64,000 bases of DNA from Macrostomum lignano (Eukaryota): contig NIVC01000018.1 in NCBI GenBank assembly GCA_002269645.1, positions 62,001 through 126,000 on the forward strand, read 5' to 3'. Positions 33,918 to 45,448 of the stretch are shown piece by piece; the stretch's first letter is position 1, and each line of letters begins with the position of its first letter. The position numbers and the translations under genes were made by a program. Below the pieces are notes generated by a model that saw only the letters and a program-made list of their open reading frames with translations, did not search any database and was not told the origin of the DNA.

Positions 33918-35653
33918 GCTGGCACAGAGGAGAACAGCTACGAGAGGGCTGACGCTATCGCCCGCTACCTGCTTGAGCGCACCGGGCGCCGCCCAGAGCT
34001 GGCCGTAGTGCTGGGCTCGGGCCTCGGCGGGCTTGGCGACTCCCTGACTGACCGGCAGGTGCTGCCCTACGCTGAAATTCCCGGCTTTCCAACCAGTACC
34101 GTGGCTGGTCACCAAGGCAACCTGATCTTTGGCAAGGCTGGCGATCGGGATGTGGTGCTCATGCAGGGGCGATTCCACGCCTATGAGGGCTACTCGGTGC
34201 ACCAGGTTAGTCTGGGTCAATCAAGAATGACTGGGATCATCATAGAAAAAACTGGGATCATCGTAGAAAAAACTGGGATCATCATCATAGTCTGGGATAG
34301 TGATCACAGAGAGACTGGGATCATCATCATAGAGAGACTGGGCTCATCATCATAGAGAGACTGGGCTCATCATCATAGAGAGACTGGGCTCATCATCATA
34401 GAGAGACTGGAATCATCATCATGGAGTGACTGAAATCATTTATCATAAAGAGACTGGGATGATCATCATAGAGTGACTGGGATCATCATCATCACAGACT
34501 ATTGAGCATTACTAACCTAAACCTTTGACGACCGACCTCAGGTGACCCTGCCGATGCGCGTATTCCACCTGATGGGCGTTCGCGCCGTTCTGCTCACCAA
34601 CGCAGCCGGCGGACTCAATCGCGACTACGCAGTCGGCGACGTGATGCTGATTCGCGACCATCTCAACTTGCCGGGCCTGGTCGGCTGCAACCCGTTGCGC
34701 GGGCCGAACGACGAACGCCTGGGGCCTCGGTTTCCATCGACTTCGGACGTCTACGATAAGCGAATGCGAGACCAGCTGGCCGAGGCGTTTAAACAGTGCA
34801 ACTTCCCCGGCGCCACTCGGCTAGGGGTGTACGTCTATCAGCAGGGCCCGTGCTACGAGTCCGTGGCCGAGTGCCGCATGCTCATCACTATGGGAGCTGA
34901 CGCTGTTGGTGAGTGACAAGTTACTACGGGGAGTGACGGGTAACAAAGGGAGTGACAAGTAACTAAGGGGAGTGGCAAGTAACTAAGGGGAGTGACGGGT
35001 AACAAAGGGGAGTGATGGGTAACAAGGGGAGTGACAAGTAACTAAAGGGAGTGACAACTGACAAGTAACTAAGGGGAGTGACAAGTAACTAAAGGGAGTG
35101 ACAACTGACAAGTAACTAAGGGGAGTGACAAGTAACTAAAGGGAGTGACAACTGACAAGTAACTAAGGGGAGTGACAAGTAACTAAAGGGAGTGACAACT
35201 GACAAGTACGAGTAACTAAGGGGAGTGACAAGTAATAAAGGGGGGTGGCAAGTAACTAAGGGGAGTGATGGGTACCTAAGGAGAGTGACGAATGCGATTG
35301 ACAGTTGCTGAGTGACACGTAACAGAGGGGCCGTCACGAAAAGGAAGCACCAATTGCCGTTGTGTGTAACTTGGGCTTTGCCGTAGATGGCAATGACCTC
35401 GTAAATTGGTACTCAAAGTACACATTGTTGTTTTATCCATCTTGCAGGCATGTCTACAGTGCCGGAGGCGGTTGTGGCGCACCACGCCGGCCTGCGCGTC
35501 TGTGCCTTCTCGTTGATCACAAACATGGCCCTGTTGGAGTGGGACAGCGCCGAGAAGGCCAACCACGAGGAGGTGCTGCAGACTGGGCAGCTGCGGGCCG
35601 ACCAGCTCAAGTCGAGCGTGTCTCACTTTTTGGCCAACTTCAGCCTCGATTGA
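33918..35653 (+). CDS. PNP: Purine nucleoside phosphorylase; exons 33918-34205, 34542-34908, 35448-35653 (source of start codon uncertain)
   Basis: VLGSGLGGL, IPGFPTSTVAGHQG, MQGRFHAYEGY, LLTNAAGGLN, IRDHLN, GPNDERLGPRFP, GPCYE, GADAVGMSTVPE, SLITN, ANHEEVL; phase-consistent GT-AG introns. Confidence 0.96.
34225..34495. repeat. Minisatellite (GAGAGACTGGGATCATCATCATA-like) in PNP intron
   Basis: Degenerate tandem units. Confidence 0.85.
34915..35290. repeat. ~21-bp minisatellite (GGGAGTGACAAGTAACTAAGG) in PNP intron
   Basis: Tandem units starting next to the donor. Confidence 0.9.
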
Positions 35654-36091
35654 AACTAACTCATGGTTTTTAATTATCAATATTTACGAGTAATGGCTTC
35701 TAATTGGTTGGTTAGTTCCTTTTCTAATCGCGCGTAGCTCTCTGATTTTACTAATCCGTATATGCCATTTATTGGTTTTTATCGATATTTTTATGCTTTG
35801 CTTTGGCAGGGACCGCTGGTAGTCAGTAAGACGTGTGCCTGACTCGCGCGACACGACGACGACCCCTGGTTTGATTCCGTTGGCAGCCATATATATTTAT
35901 TTGGGGCTTGTGTGTGCACGAAATTTGGCCTTGGGGGTTGTGTACATAGAGTGTACATGCCTGACGCTGCTGTACACCCTGTGCGAGCGTGTTTATAAGT
36001 GCAGTGCCCGCGTACAGCAATGGTCTGAATTGCCTCAGAGCTTCTGAAAACTACCAGTGGTGCCTCTGCTTTAAAGACTAGCGGATCCGTT

Positions 36092-36106
36092 GTTGCCCTT
36101 GGCAAC
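36092..36106. promoter_or_regulatory. RFX X-box-like palindrome GTTGCCCTTGGCAAC
   Basis: Matches GTNRCC-N(0-3)-RGYAAC; function untested. Confidence 0.4.
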
Positions 36107-37199
36107 AGGTTTTTTATCCTTCCGCCGCATCCGAACGGAAAGTCTGTCTGATTGAAAATAATCAATTTATACCCCATCATATGCTTAATATGCGTTCTTG
36201 ACTACTTGGATATTTAAGGACAGGGCTACTCTCCGTTCGGATGCAGCATGTGAACAGTCTGTTTAGTTTTTAAAAACTTTATTGATAGGCTTTTTCAATT
36301 CGATTTCTTATATTCTGCTCATTCCATTGTGTTTTCTACATGTAGAGCCATCATACATACTAGAATAACTAGGAGGGCCACTCAGCACATTTGCGTGCAA
36401 GCTACTTTCAGTTCAGTAGTAAGTTAAATAGAAGCATTTTAACGTATTTTTAAAGCCAAGGCTCATATTGGCTCTCAAACTCCACACAGATCCTCCACCC
36501 CTGCCCCGCCGTCCAATTTTATTACCTTCCTAGGTTGTTCCAGCCTAAATCTGCCATGTACATTTCAGTGGCTAATGTACATTATAGCTGAACCAATTAG
36601 CAAGCTTGGGCTTCTGAACTTATCAAAGTAATTTCAGCTGCCTTTATTTTTATAAAATAGCTTATGTACTCTTCTTTGCTACTGAACTGGAAGTAGAAAG
36701 CTGTTTACTAAGTATATATGCCTGAGTGGCCCATCTAGTTATTCAAGTACCTGTGGTAATGACTTTTTAATCGTCTATCTGCAGTAAACAAATGAATGTA
36801 CTTTTATCTATTGTGGTTTGTACTTCTATTATAATTTGGCGCTAGCTTCTCTGCAATGCAAGACTAATTAAGTGTTGCACTTTTATCATATTAGCGACCT
36901 TTTTCTATTAATAATCAGCTCAGATTTTATCCAGGGCGTTAACAATTCTCTATATTGTTTTGCTTTTTTATATTATTGAATGCTAATTCCGAGGCAAATG
37001 TTAACTAGCTAGACTTAGATCAGCAACCCATATAGAATCTCTTTGCCTGTTTTCCTTGTTTAAAAGAAATATAAACCTTTTTTAAATTGATTTTCTTTTT
37101 CTGGTAAATGGAGCCGAAGCACTCGCTTGTTGTGCAAAATCTCTACAGTGCTTTGTTTGTATTGCTTTGCCTCAGGTCCAATGAGATTCAGTATAGAGT

Positions 37200-37426
37200 G
37201 CTAGTAGGTAGAATATGATAAAATGTCATTTGCAGGGGGGCTCACAACCATGCAGCGCTGTCAATTGACTTCCTAATCGTCAGGAATGTACTCTGTGTCT
37301 GGGGGAGGGGGGTGGCTTTCATGTCAACTCCCTCATTAGACCAATTTTTGTGCTCAAGCCCCAACAAGCTCAAGCTCGAACCTGAGGCGAGAGTCGGACG
37401 CGTTTGCCACTGAGCTGCTCTGCCTC
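37200..37426 (-). mobile_element. Probable tRNA-derived SINE
   Basis: Minus strand GAGGCAGAGCAGCTCAGTGGC (A-box-like) ... GGTTCGAGC (B-box-like); 3' boundary uncertain. Confidence 0.45.
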
Positions 37427-37529
37427 ATTACTACTTAAAGTAGTAGGTAAATTTATTTTGTAGTGTAGCACTTTATCTCGTTCCAATTCGTCAAACTGTG
37501 TTTAAAAATTCCATTTAAACTTTCGAATT

Positions 37530-37925
37530 GATGAATGATGCTGAGGGAGAATGATGCTGAGAGGGAATGATGCTGAGAGGGAATGATGCTGAGAGGGAAT
37601 GATGCTGAGGGGGAATGATGCTGAGAAAGAATGATGCTGAGGGGGAATGATGCTGAGAGGGAATGATGCTGAGAGGGAATGATGCTGAGAGGGAATGATG
37701 CTGAGAGGGAATGATGCTGAGGGGGAATGATGCTGAGAGGGAATGATGCTGAGGGGGAATGATGCTGAGAGGGAATGATGCTGACGGGGGAATGATGCTG
37801 AGAGGGGATGATGTTGAGCGAGAATGATGCTGAGACGGATTGATGCTGAGGGAGAATGATGCTGAGAGGGACTGGTGCTGAGACGGATTGATGCTGAGGG
37901 AGAATGATGCTGAGAGGGACTGATG
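37530..37925. repeat. 16-bp minisatellite (GAATGATGCTGAGAGG)n, same family as HEATR6 intron 4
   Basis: Same unit as 7288-9830. Confidence 0.93.
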
Positions 37926-38248
37926 CCGAGGCGAAATGAACCTCATGGGGAGTGAAGCTGAGATGGAAGGGGTTCAATTGTATTAATTTTTATTGCTCTA
38001 TGGGATTTTCATTGCAAAGAAATTTTTATGCTCGTACTTACTTGGACTTAATCGTGCAAAAAAGGTTTATATATAAACTTAGTGTATATAAATTTATAAT
38101 TTCGAAGTTGACTGTCAATAATGCGTATCACTTTCTCTCTGTATGCATTTGGTTTATTTTGCCCTCCTGTGAACATCTTTTTCTGTCTACTGCATGCTTT
38201 GCGCAATGTTGTATAGAAGCGCTAGAGGGTTGTCTTGTGTTTTACTAA

Positions 38249-38262
38249 GTTTCCATGACAAT
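38249..38262. promoter_or_regulatory. RFX X-box-like motif GTTTCCATGACAAT
   Basis: One mismatch from GTTTCCATGACAAC; upstream of the small coiled-coil gene. Confidence 0.35.
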
Positions 38263-38934
38263 GCTAGCTAGTTATTGAGACACATCATCTTACGCAGAAG
38301 AGAAAGTTGAGAACACTCTTCAAGAAGCAATTATGTTCGGCTGTGTGACTGGGAGGCTAGCCAAAGCTAGTGCTTTGCGGTTGGCTCACCGTCAGCCCTG
38401 GGGAGGGGGGAGCGTCTCCTCTCGTGTGTGTTGAAATTATAAAACTGCTGGCCCTGGCTGTGAGTAGTGTGCAATTTCCCCAGGGCCAGCTGTGTGCTCC
38501 CGTGTTTGCTACACAATCTTGTCCACGATCTTCTATACACTGTCTACTGCTGTGTATCCAGGTATTTAATTACCTGTCAGGTAGGTTGTTTGATTTGTGG
38601 CGCTTCTCTCTCTCTCTCTGTGTGCGTGTATGTGTTTAATTTTAATCAGAGTGTGCAGACAGTAGGCTTGATCGATCGGGCCTTTCACCCTGGCAAACTC
38701 CTGTGAAGTGAATCGGTTAACTTTATCTAACTTCAACAAGGAACTTCTGAACCTTCTGAACCAAATCATGCAATGAAACCTTATTATGAACAAAGTAGTT
38801 TTTGTCTCAATTGTCAATATTGGTAAAAGTTCCCACTTAAAATATTCAGTTTCATACAGTTCTTGCTCTTTATGAAAAAAGACATCGACATCTAATGGTA
38901 CTGTCAGTGGGGCAAATAACTGTCCTTTCTGAAC

Positions 38935-39855
38935 TTTGTCGGTAACATCTGTTTGTTCATCAGTCGTCGTCGGTAACATCTGTTTGTTCATCAGTCGTCG
39001 TCGGTAACATCTGTTTGTTCATCAGTCGTCGTCGGTAACATCTGTTTGTTCATCAGTCTTCGTCGGTAACACATGTTTGTTCATAAGTCTTCAACAGTAA
39101 CACCTGTTTGTTCTTCAGTCTTCGTCGGTAACATCTGTTTGTTCATCAGTCGTCGTCGGTAACACCTGTTTGTTCATAAGTCTTCAACAGTAACACCTGT
39201 TTGTTCTTCAGTCTTCGTCGGTAACATCTGTTTGTTCATCAGTCGTCGTCGGTAACATCTGTTTGTTCATCAGTCGCCGTCGGTAACATCTGTTAGTTCA
39301 TCAGTCGTCGTCGGTAACATCTGTTTGTTCATCAGTCTTCGTCGGTAACACCTGTTTGTTCATAAGTCTTCAACAGTAACACCTGTTTGTTCTTCAGTCT
39401 TCGTCGGTAACACCTGTTTGTTCATAAGTCTTCAACAGTAACACCTGTTTGTTCTTCAGTCTTCGAAGTAACACCTGTATGTTCATCAGTCTTCGTCGGT
39501 AACACCTGTTTGTTCATCAGCCTTCGTCAGTAACACCTGTTTGTTCATCAGCCTTCGTTGGTAACACCTGTTTGTTCATCAGCCTTCGTCGGTAACACCT
39601 GTTTGTTCATCAGCCTTCGTCAGTAACACCTGTTTGTTCATCAGCCTTCGTTGGTAACACCTGTTTGTTCATCAGCCTTCGTCAGTAACACCTGTTTGTT
39701 CATCAATCTTCGTGGTAGCACCTGTATGTTCATCAGCCTTCGTCAGTAACACCTGTTTGTTCATCAGCCTTCGTCGGTAACACCTGTTTGTTCATCAGCC
39801 TTCGTCAGTAACACCTGTTTGTTCATCAGTCTTTTAATCGTCGTTGGTAACACCT
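38935..39855. repeat. 31-bp minisatellite (GGTAACATCTGTTTGTTCATCAGTCGTCGTC)n
   Basis: Period 31 with variant blocks. Confidence 0.95.
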
Positions 39856-40077
39856 GTTTATTCCGTCCATCTTGGTGCTAGTTTTGTCCATTGGTTTACT
39901 CAACAATTTATTGATGGTTAACAATCATTAATGGACGGTCCTGTTGGTACCTGCTGCTGCTTGTTGACTGCCTTTCCAGTGAATTCCAGATGACTTTCCA
40001 GTGTAAATAGTCATATTGAACTGCACGCATTGCAACTGCAACATTGTAGACGAGCTTTCTGCAACCTGCAGTCGAAA

Positions 40078-41253
40078 ATGCACAGCGAAACAATTCAAGT
40101 AGACGATTGGAAGCCCGTCGACGACAAGTACCTGATGCTGACTAATCCGCGCGAATATCGCAAGGCTCGGATGAAGAACCTGAAGCTGGACAGTGTGCTG
40201 CACAAACAGCTGATGGCCTGGCGTAGCGAAGAGCAGCTGGCTCTTGGCCAGCTTCGATTCGCTAGCAGAGAGGCGGAACAGCAGCGGGAGTCGCTGCGCC
40301 AGCAGCTGCTGTTCAGCCGGGCCACCAGTCTGGCCTGCTTGGAGGCGCAAGCTAACGGCGGCGAGTCGCTCAAGAACCAGCTGGCTCGCCTGCGGCAGAG
40401 GTGAATGCACAAACCACTTCTTGTCTACGAGTATTTGCTTGCAGTCACTATCAGCAAGTACGAGCTGACCATTTGCTACATTCCTGCAGTGCCCTTGTTG
40501 ATCCTTGTAGCAGCATCCGGTAGATTCTCGCTAGCATCTAGTAGATTCTCGCTAGCACTCGGTAGATTCTCGTTAGCATCCGGTAGATTCTCGCCAGCAT
40601 CCGGTAGATTCTTGCTAGCATCCGGTAGATTCTCGCTAGCATCCAGTAGATTCTCGCTAGCACTCGGTAGATTCTCGCTAGCATCCGGTAGGTTCTCGCT
40701 AGCATTCGGTAGATTCTTGCTAGCATCCAGTAGATTATTGCTAGCATCCGGTAGATTCTTGCTAGCATCTGGTAGATTCTCGCTAGCATCCGGTAGATTC
40801 TAATCAGCATCCGGTAGATTCTTATCAGCATCCGGTAGATTCTCGCTAGCATCCGGTAGATTCTAATCAGCATCCGGTAGATTCTAATCAGCATCCGGTA
40901 GATTCTTATCAGCATCCGGTAGATTGTAATAAACATCCGATAGACTCCAATCAGCATCCGGTAGATTCCTTTAGGTTTGAGTAGATTCTGTCAGTATCCG
41001 GGAGATTTAATCTATCAGCCAACCCCGCTTCGACAGCTCGGACATCTACGCCTTGGACTACTCAAAATCGGTTCGGCGTCCCCGCAAGACGGCGCAGCAG
41101 CTGCGCCAGGAGGCGGCCCAGCGCTCGGCGGAGAAACTTGAGACGCAGACCCGAGCCGTGCTGGCGGCGGCTTCCGCCAAGCGCCGTAGCGTTGCCGCCA
41201 ACGACATGGCTAGCAGTCGCAGAGACAGCGAAGGCAGACAGCAGAACGCTTGA
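40078..41253 (+). CDS. Small coiled-coil protein (possibly CCDC190-like); exons 40078-40400 and 41019(or 41037)-41253
   Basis: MHSETIQVDDW...EYRKARMKNLKLDSVLHKQLMAWRSEEQLALGQL...; donor AG|GTGAAT phase 2; both candidate acceptors keep frame into DIYALDYSKSVRRP...QQNA*. Family assignment is weak recall. Confidence 0.7.
40510..40960. repeat. 21-bp minisatellite (GCATCCGGTAGATTCTCGCTA)n (also ~46026-46476 and ~50575-51025)
   Basis: Tandem units in the intron of the coiled-coil gene. Confidence 0.92.
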
Positions 41254-41561
41254 TTGAACGGCGATCGGAGCCCGCGGACCCCTGAATCCACATCTGGACT
41301 GGAAAGCTTTATTGTGTCCTTATTTTTCCATTTGCTTAGTACATATACGAGCGTAGCTGAGTGTACGACTTTTCCAGTCCAGATGTTCAGTTCAATGGTC
41401 CATGTCGTAACATATCGTTTTTTCGCTGAGAACAAAACAAATATACCGGAGCACTTTTTATTCTTATGGCACTTGAGCACTTTCAGCTTTTTTAGAATTT
41501 GATTTCTTGGAAAAAGTTTGTAGTAGTAAAAACGGCTGGATAGATAGATAGATAGATAGCT

Positions 41562-41620
<59 letters not shown>

Positions 41621-41644
41621 TTGATTGATTGATTGATTAATTGG

Positions 41645-41680
<36 letters not shown>

Positions 41681-41833
41681 CTGATTGATTGACTGATTGA
41701 CTGATGGATAGAACTCGCCAAGCCTCCCATTATATCGTGAAGCATCAATGCTGAGTCAAGCCATTCAGAAGACAATTTTCCAAGTTGCAATGAACTTTCA
41801 GCGCGTCTAATTGAAGAAATTGAATAACTTGCT

Positions 41834-43964
41834 ATGGCGGGTCCAGTGGCGCTGGTCAGGCGCCTGCTCGCTCACCTGTGGAGTCTGATGTGGAGAGTTT
41901 GGAATTATTTGGCTAGGTAAGTAAAGTGATAGTCAAACAATTCTTGGTTGAGATGCTCTGGGTTGAGATAACAAAACTCTGGGTTGAGATGCCAAATCTC
42001 TGGGTTGAGATACCAAATCTCTGGGTTGAGATACTAAATCTCTGGTTTGAGTTATCAAATCTCTGAGTTGAGATACCAAATCTATGGGTTCAGATACCAA
42101 ATCTCTGGGTTGAGATACCAAATCTCTGGGTTGAGATACCAAATCTCTGGGTTGAGATACCAAATCTCTGGGTTGAGTTATCAAATCTCTGGGTTGAGGT
42201 ATCAAATCTCTGGGTTCAGATACCAAATCTCTCGGTTGAGATACCAAATCTCTGGGTTGAGATGCCAAATCTCTGGGTTGAGATACCAAATCTCTGGGTT
42301 GAGATACTAAATCTCTGGTTTGAGTTATCAAATCTCTGAGTTGAGATACCAAATCTATGGGTTCAGATACCAAATCTCTGGGTTGAGATACCAAATCTCT
42401 GGGTTGAGATACCAAATCTCTGGGTTGAGATACCAAATCTCTGGGTTGAGTTATCAAATCTCTGGGTTGAGGTATCAAATCTCTGGGTTCAGATACCAAA
42501 TCTCTCGGTTGAGATACCAAATCTCTGGGTTGAGATGCCAAATCTCTGGGTTGAGATATCAAATCTCTGGGTTGAGATATCAGTCTCTGGGTTGAGATAC
42601 CAAATCTCTGGGTTGAGATATCAATCTCTGGGTTGAGATACCAAATCTCTGGGTTGAGATATCAATCTCTGGGTTGAGATGCCAAATCTCTGGGTTGAGA
42701 TATCAAATCTCTGGGTTGAGATATCAGTCTCTGGGTTGAGATACCAAATCTCTGGGTTGAGATATCAATCTCTGGGTTGAGATACCAAATCTCTGGGTTG
42801 AGATATCAATCTCTGGGTTGAGATACCAAATCTCTGGTTTGAGATATCAAATCTCAGATATCAGATATCAGATATCAAATCTAAGGTTTGAGATATCAAA
42901 CTTAAGATATCAAGGTTAAGATTTCAAATCTCTGGGTTGAGATACCAGATCTCTGGGTTGAGATACTAAATCTCTGGGTTTAGATACTAAATCTCTTGGT
43001 TGAGATACCAAATCTCTTGGTTGAGATACCAAATCTCTGGGTTGAGATACCAAATCTCTGGGTTGAGATACTAAATCTCTGGGTTGAGATACTAAATCTC
43101 TTGGTTGAGATAATAAATCTTTCGGTTGAGATACCAAATCTCTGGGTTGAGATACCAAATCTCTGGTTTGAGATATCAAATCTCAGATATCAGATATCAA
43201 ATCTCAGGTTTGAGATATCAAACCTAAGATATCAAGGTTGAGATTTCAAATCTCTGGGTTGAGATACCAAATCTCTGGGTTGAGATACTAAATCTCTGGG
43301 TTGAGATACCAAATCTCTGGGTTAAGATACCAAGTCTCTGGGTTGAGATACTAAATCTTTCGGTTGAGATATCAATCTCTGGGTTGAGATACCAAATCTC
43401 TGGTTTGAGATATCAAACCTAAGATATCAAGGTTGAGATTTCAAATCTCTGGGTTGAGATACTAAATCTCTGAGTTGAGATACTAAATCTTTCGGTTGAG
43501 ATACCAAATCTCTGAGATACCAGCTCTGGGTTAAGCTTAAATCTCGAGTTATAACCCGTTCTCCCTGATGAATTCCAACCCTAGTCTCAACGACAACGAC
43601 TGGTTGGCGGCGACATCAAACGAGAATCGCCGGGAGCAGTTGTTCAATGCCAGCATTCAGTCGGAGTCGCTCAGCCTGCCCTGGACAATGGAGATGGCCC
43701 AGCTGCCCGGCGGTACGTTTGACCCTGCATCACTTTCTTGTGCAGCTTATTTAGTCACTTTATTTATCGCCGTCGCCTTCTTACAGAGGACACCTTAGAG
43801 TTTACCTGCGTCTACAATCTGGCACCCGACAGCGGCCTGAGCGACGTGCAAATCGACCGGATTGGCGTCCTGCGCTCTGTCGGTGTTGCCGAGTTTTACA
43901 CCGACTGCCTGGGTAACTGGCCAGCCTTCCTCACGGACTCCCGGGTTGCTGCTCTCGACTGGAG
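41834..43964 (+). CDS. CGRRF1-like exons 1-3, truncated copy 1 (41834-41916, 43585-43712, 43787-43964)
   Basis: Identical to exons 1-3 of the intact copy but with no RING exon in the unit. Confidence 0.7.
41945..43545. repeat. 21-bp minisatellite (AAATCTCTGGGTTGAGATACC)n (also ~47460-48670 and ~52015-53615)
   Basis: Tandem units; the SQPRDLV ORFs are repeat artefacts. Confidence 0.95.
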
Positions 43965-43969
43965 GTGGG

Positions 43970-45448
43970 TGACTGACTGACTGACTGACTGACTGACTGA
44001 CTGACTGACTGACTGACTGACTGACTGACTGACTGACTGACTGACTGACTGACTGACTGACTGACTGACTGACTGACTGACTGACTGACTGACTGACTGA
44101 CTGACTGACTGACTGACTGACTGACTGACTGACTGACTGACTGACTGACTGACTGACTGACTGACTGACTGACTGACTGACTGACTGACTGACTGACTGA
44201 CTGACTGACTGACTGACTGACTGACTGACTGACTGACTGACTGACTGACTGACTGACTGACTGACTGACTGACTGACTGACTGACTGACTGACTGACTGA
44301 CTGACTGACTGACTGACTGACTGACTGACTGACTGACTGACTGACTGACTGACTGACTGACTGACTGACTGACTGACTGACTGACTGACTGACTGACTGA
44401 CTGACTGACTGACTGACTGACTGACTGACTGACTGACTGACTGACTGACTGACTGACTGACTGACTGACTGACTGACTGACTGACTGACTGACTGACTGA
44501 CTGACTGACTGACTGACTGACTGACTGACTGACTGACTGACTGACTGACTGACTGACTGACTGACTGACTGACTGACTGACTGACTGACTGCCTGACTGA
44601 CTGACTGACTGACTGACTGACTGACTGACTGACTGACTGACTGACTGACTGACTGACTGACTGACTGACTGACTGACTGACTGACTGACTGACTGACTGA
44701 CTGACTGACTGACTGACTGACTGACTGACTGACTGACTGACTGACTGACTGACTGACTGACTGACTGACTGACTGACTGACTGACTGACTGACTGACTGA
44801 CTGACTGACTGACTGACTGACTGACTGACTGACTGACTGACTGACTGACTGACTGACTGACTGACTGACTGACTGACTGACTGACTGACTGACTGACTGA
44901 CTGACTGACTGACTGACTGACTGACTGACTGACTGACTGACTGACTGACTGACTGACTGACTGACTGACTGACTGACTGACTGACTGACTGACTGACTGA
45001 CTGACTGACTGACTGACTGACTGACTGACTGACTGACTGACTGACTGACTGACTGACTGACTGACTGACTGACTGACTGACTGACTGACTGACTGACTGA
45101 CTGACTGACTGACTGACTGACTGACTGACTGACTGACTGACTGACTGACTGACTGACTGACTGACTGACTGACTGACTGACTGACTGACTGACTGACTGA
45201 CTGACTGACTGACTGACTGACTGACTGACTGACTGACTGACTGACTGACTGACTGACTGACTGACTGACTGACTGACTGACTGACTGACTGACTGACTGA
45301 CTGACTGACTGACTGACTGACTGACTGACTGACTGACTGACTGACTGACTGACTGACTGACTGACTGACTGACTGACTGACTGACTGACTGACTGACTGA
45401 CTGACTGACTGACTGACTGACTGACTGACTGACTGACTGACTGACTGA
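43970..45448. repeat. (GACT)n microsatellite, ~1.48 kb
   Basis: Almost pure tetranucleotide with one GCCT interruption; starts 5 nt after the donor. Confidence 0.98.

Noticed and set aside
38566-38991. 141-aa minus-strand ORF
   Set aside because: Starts within the 31-bp array, AT-rich, no motif or splice support.
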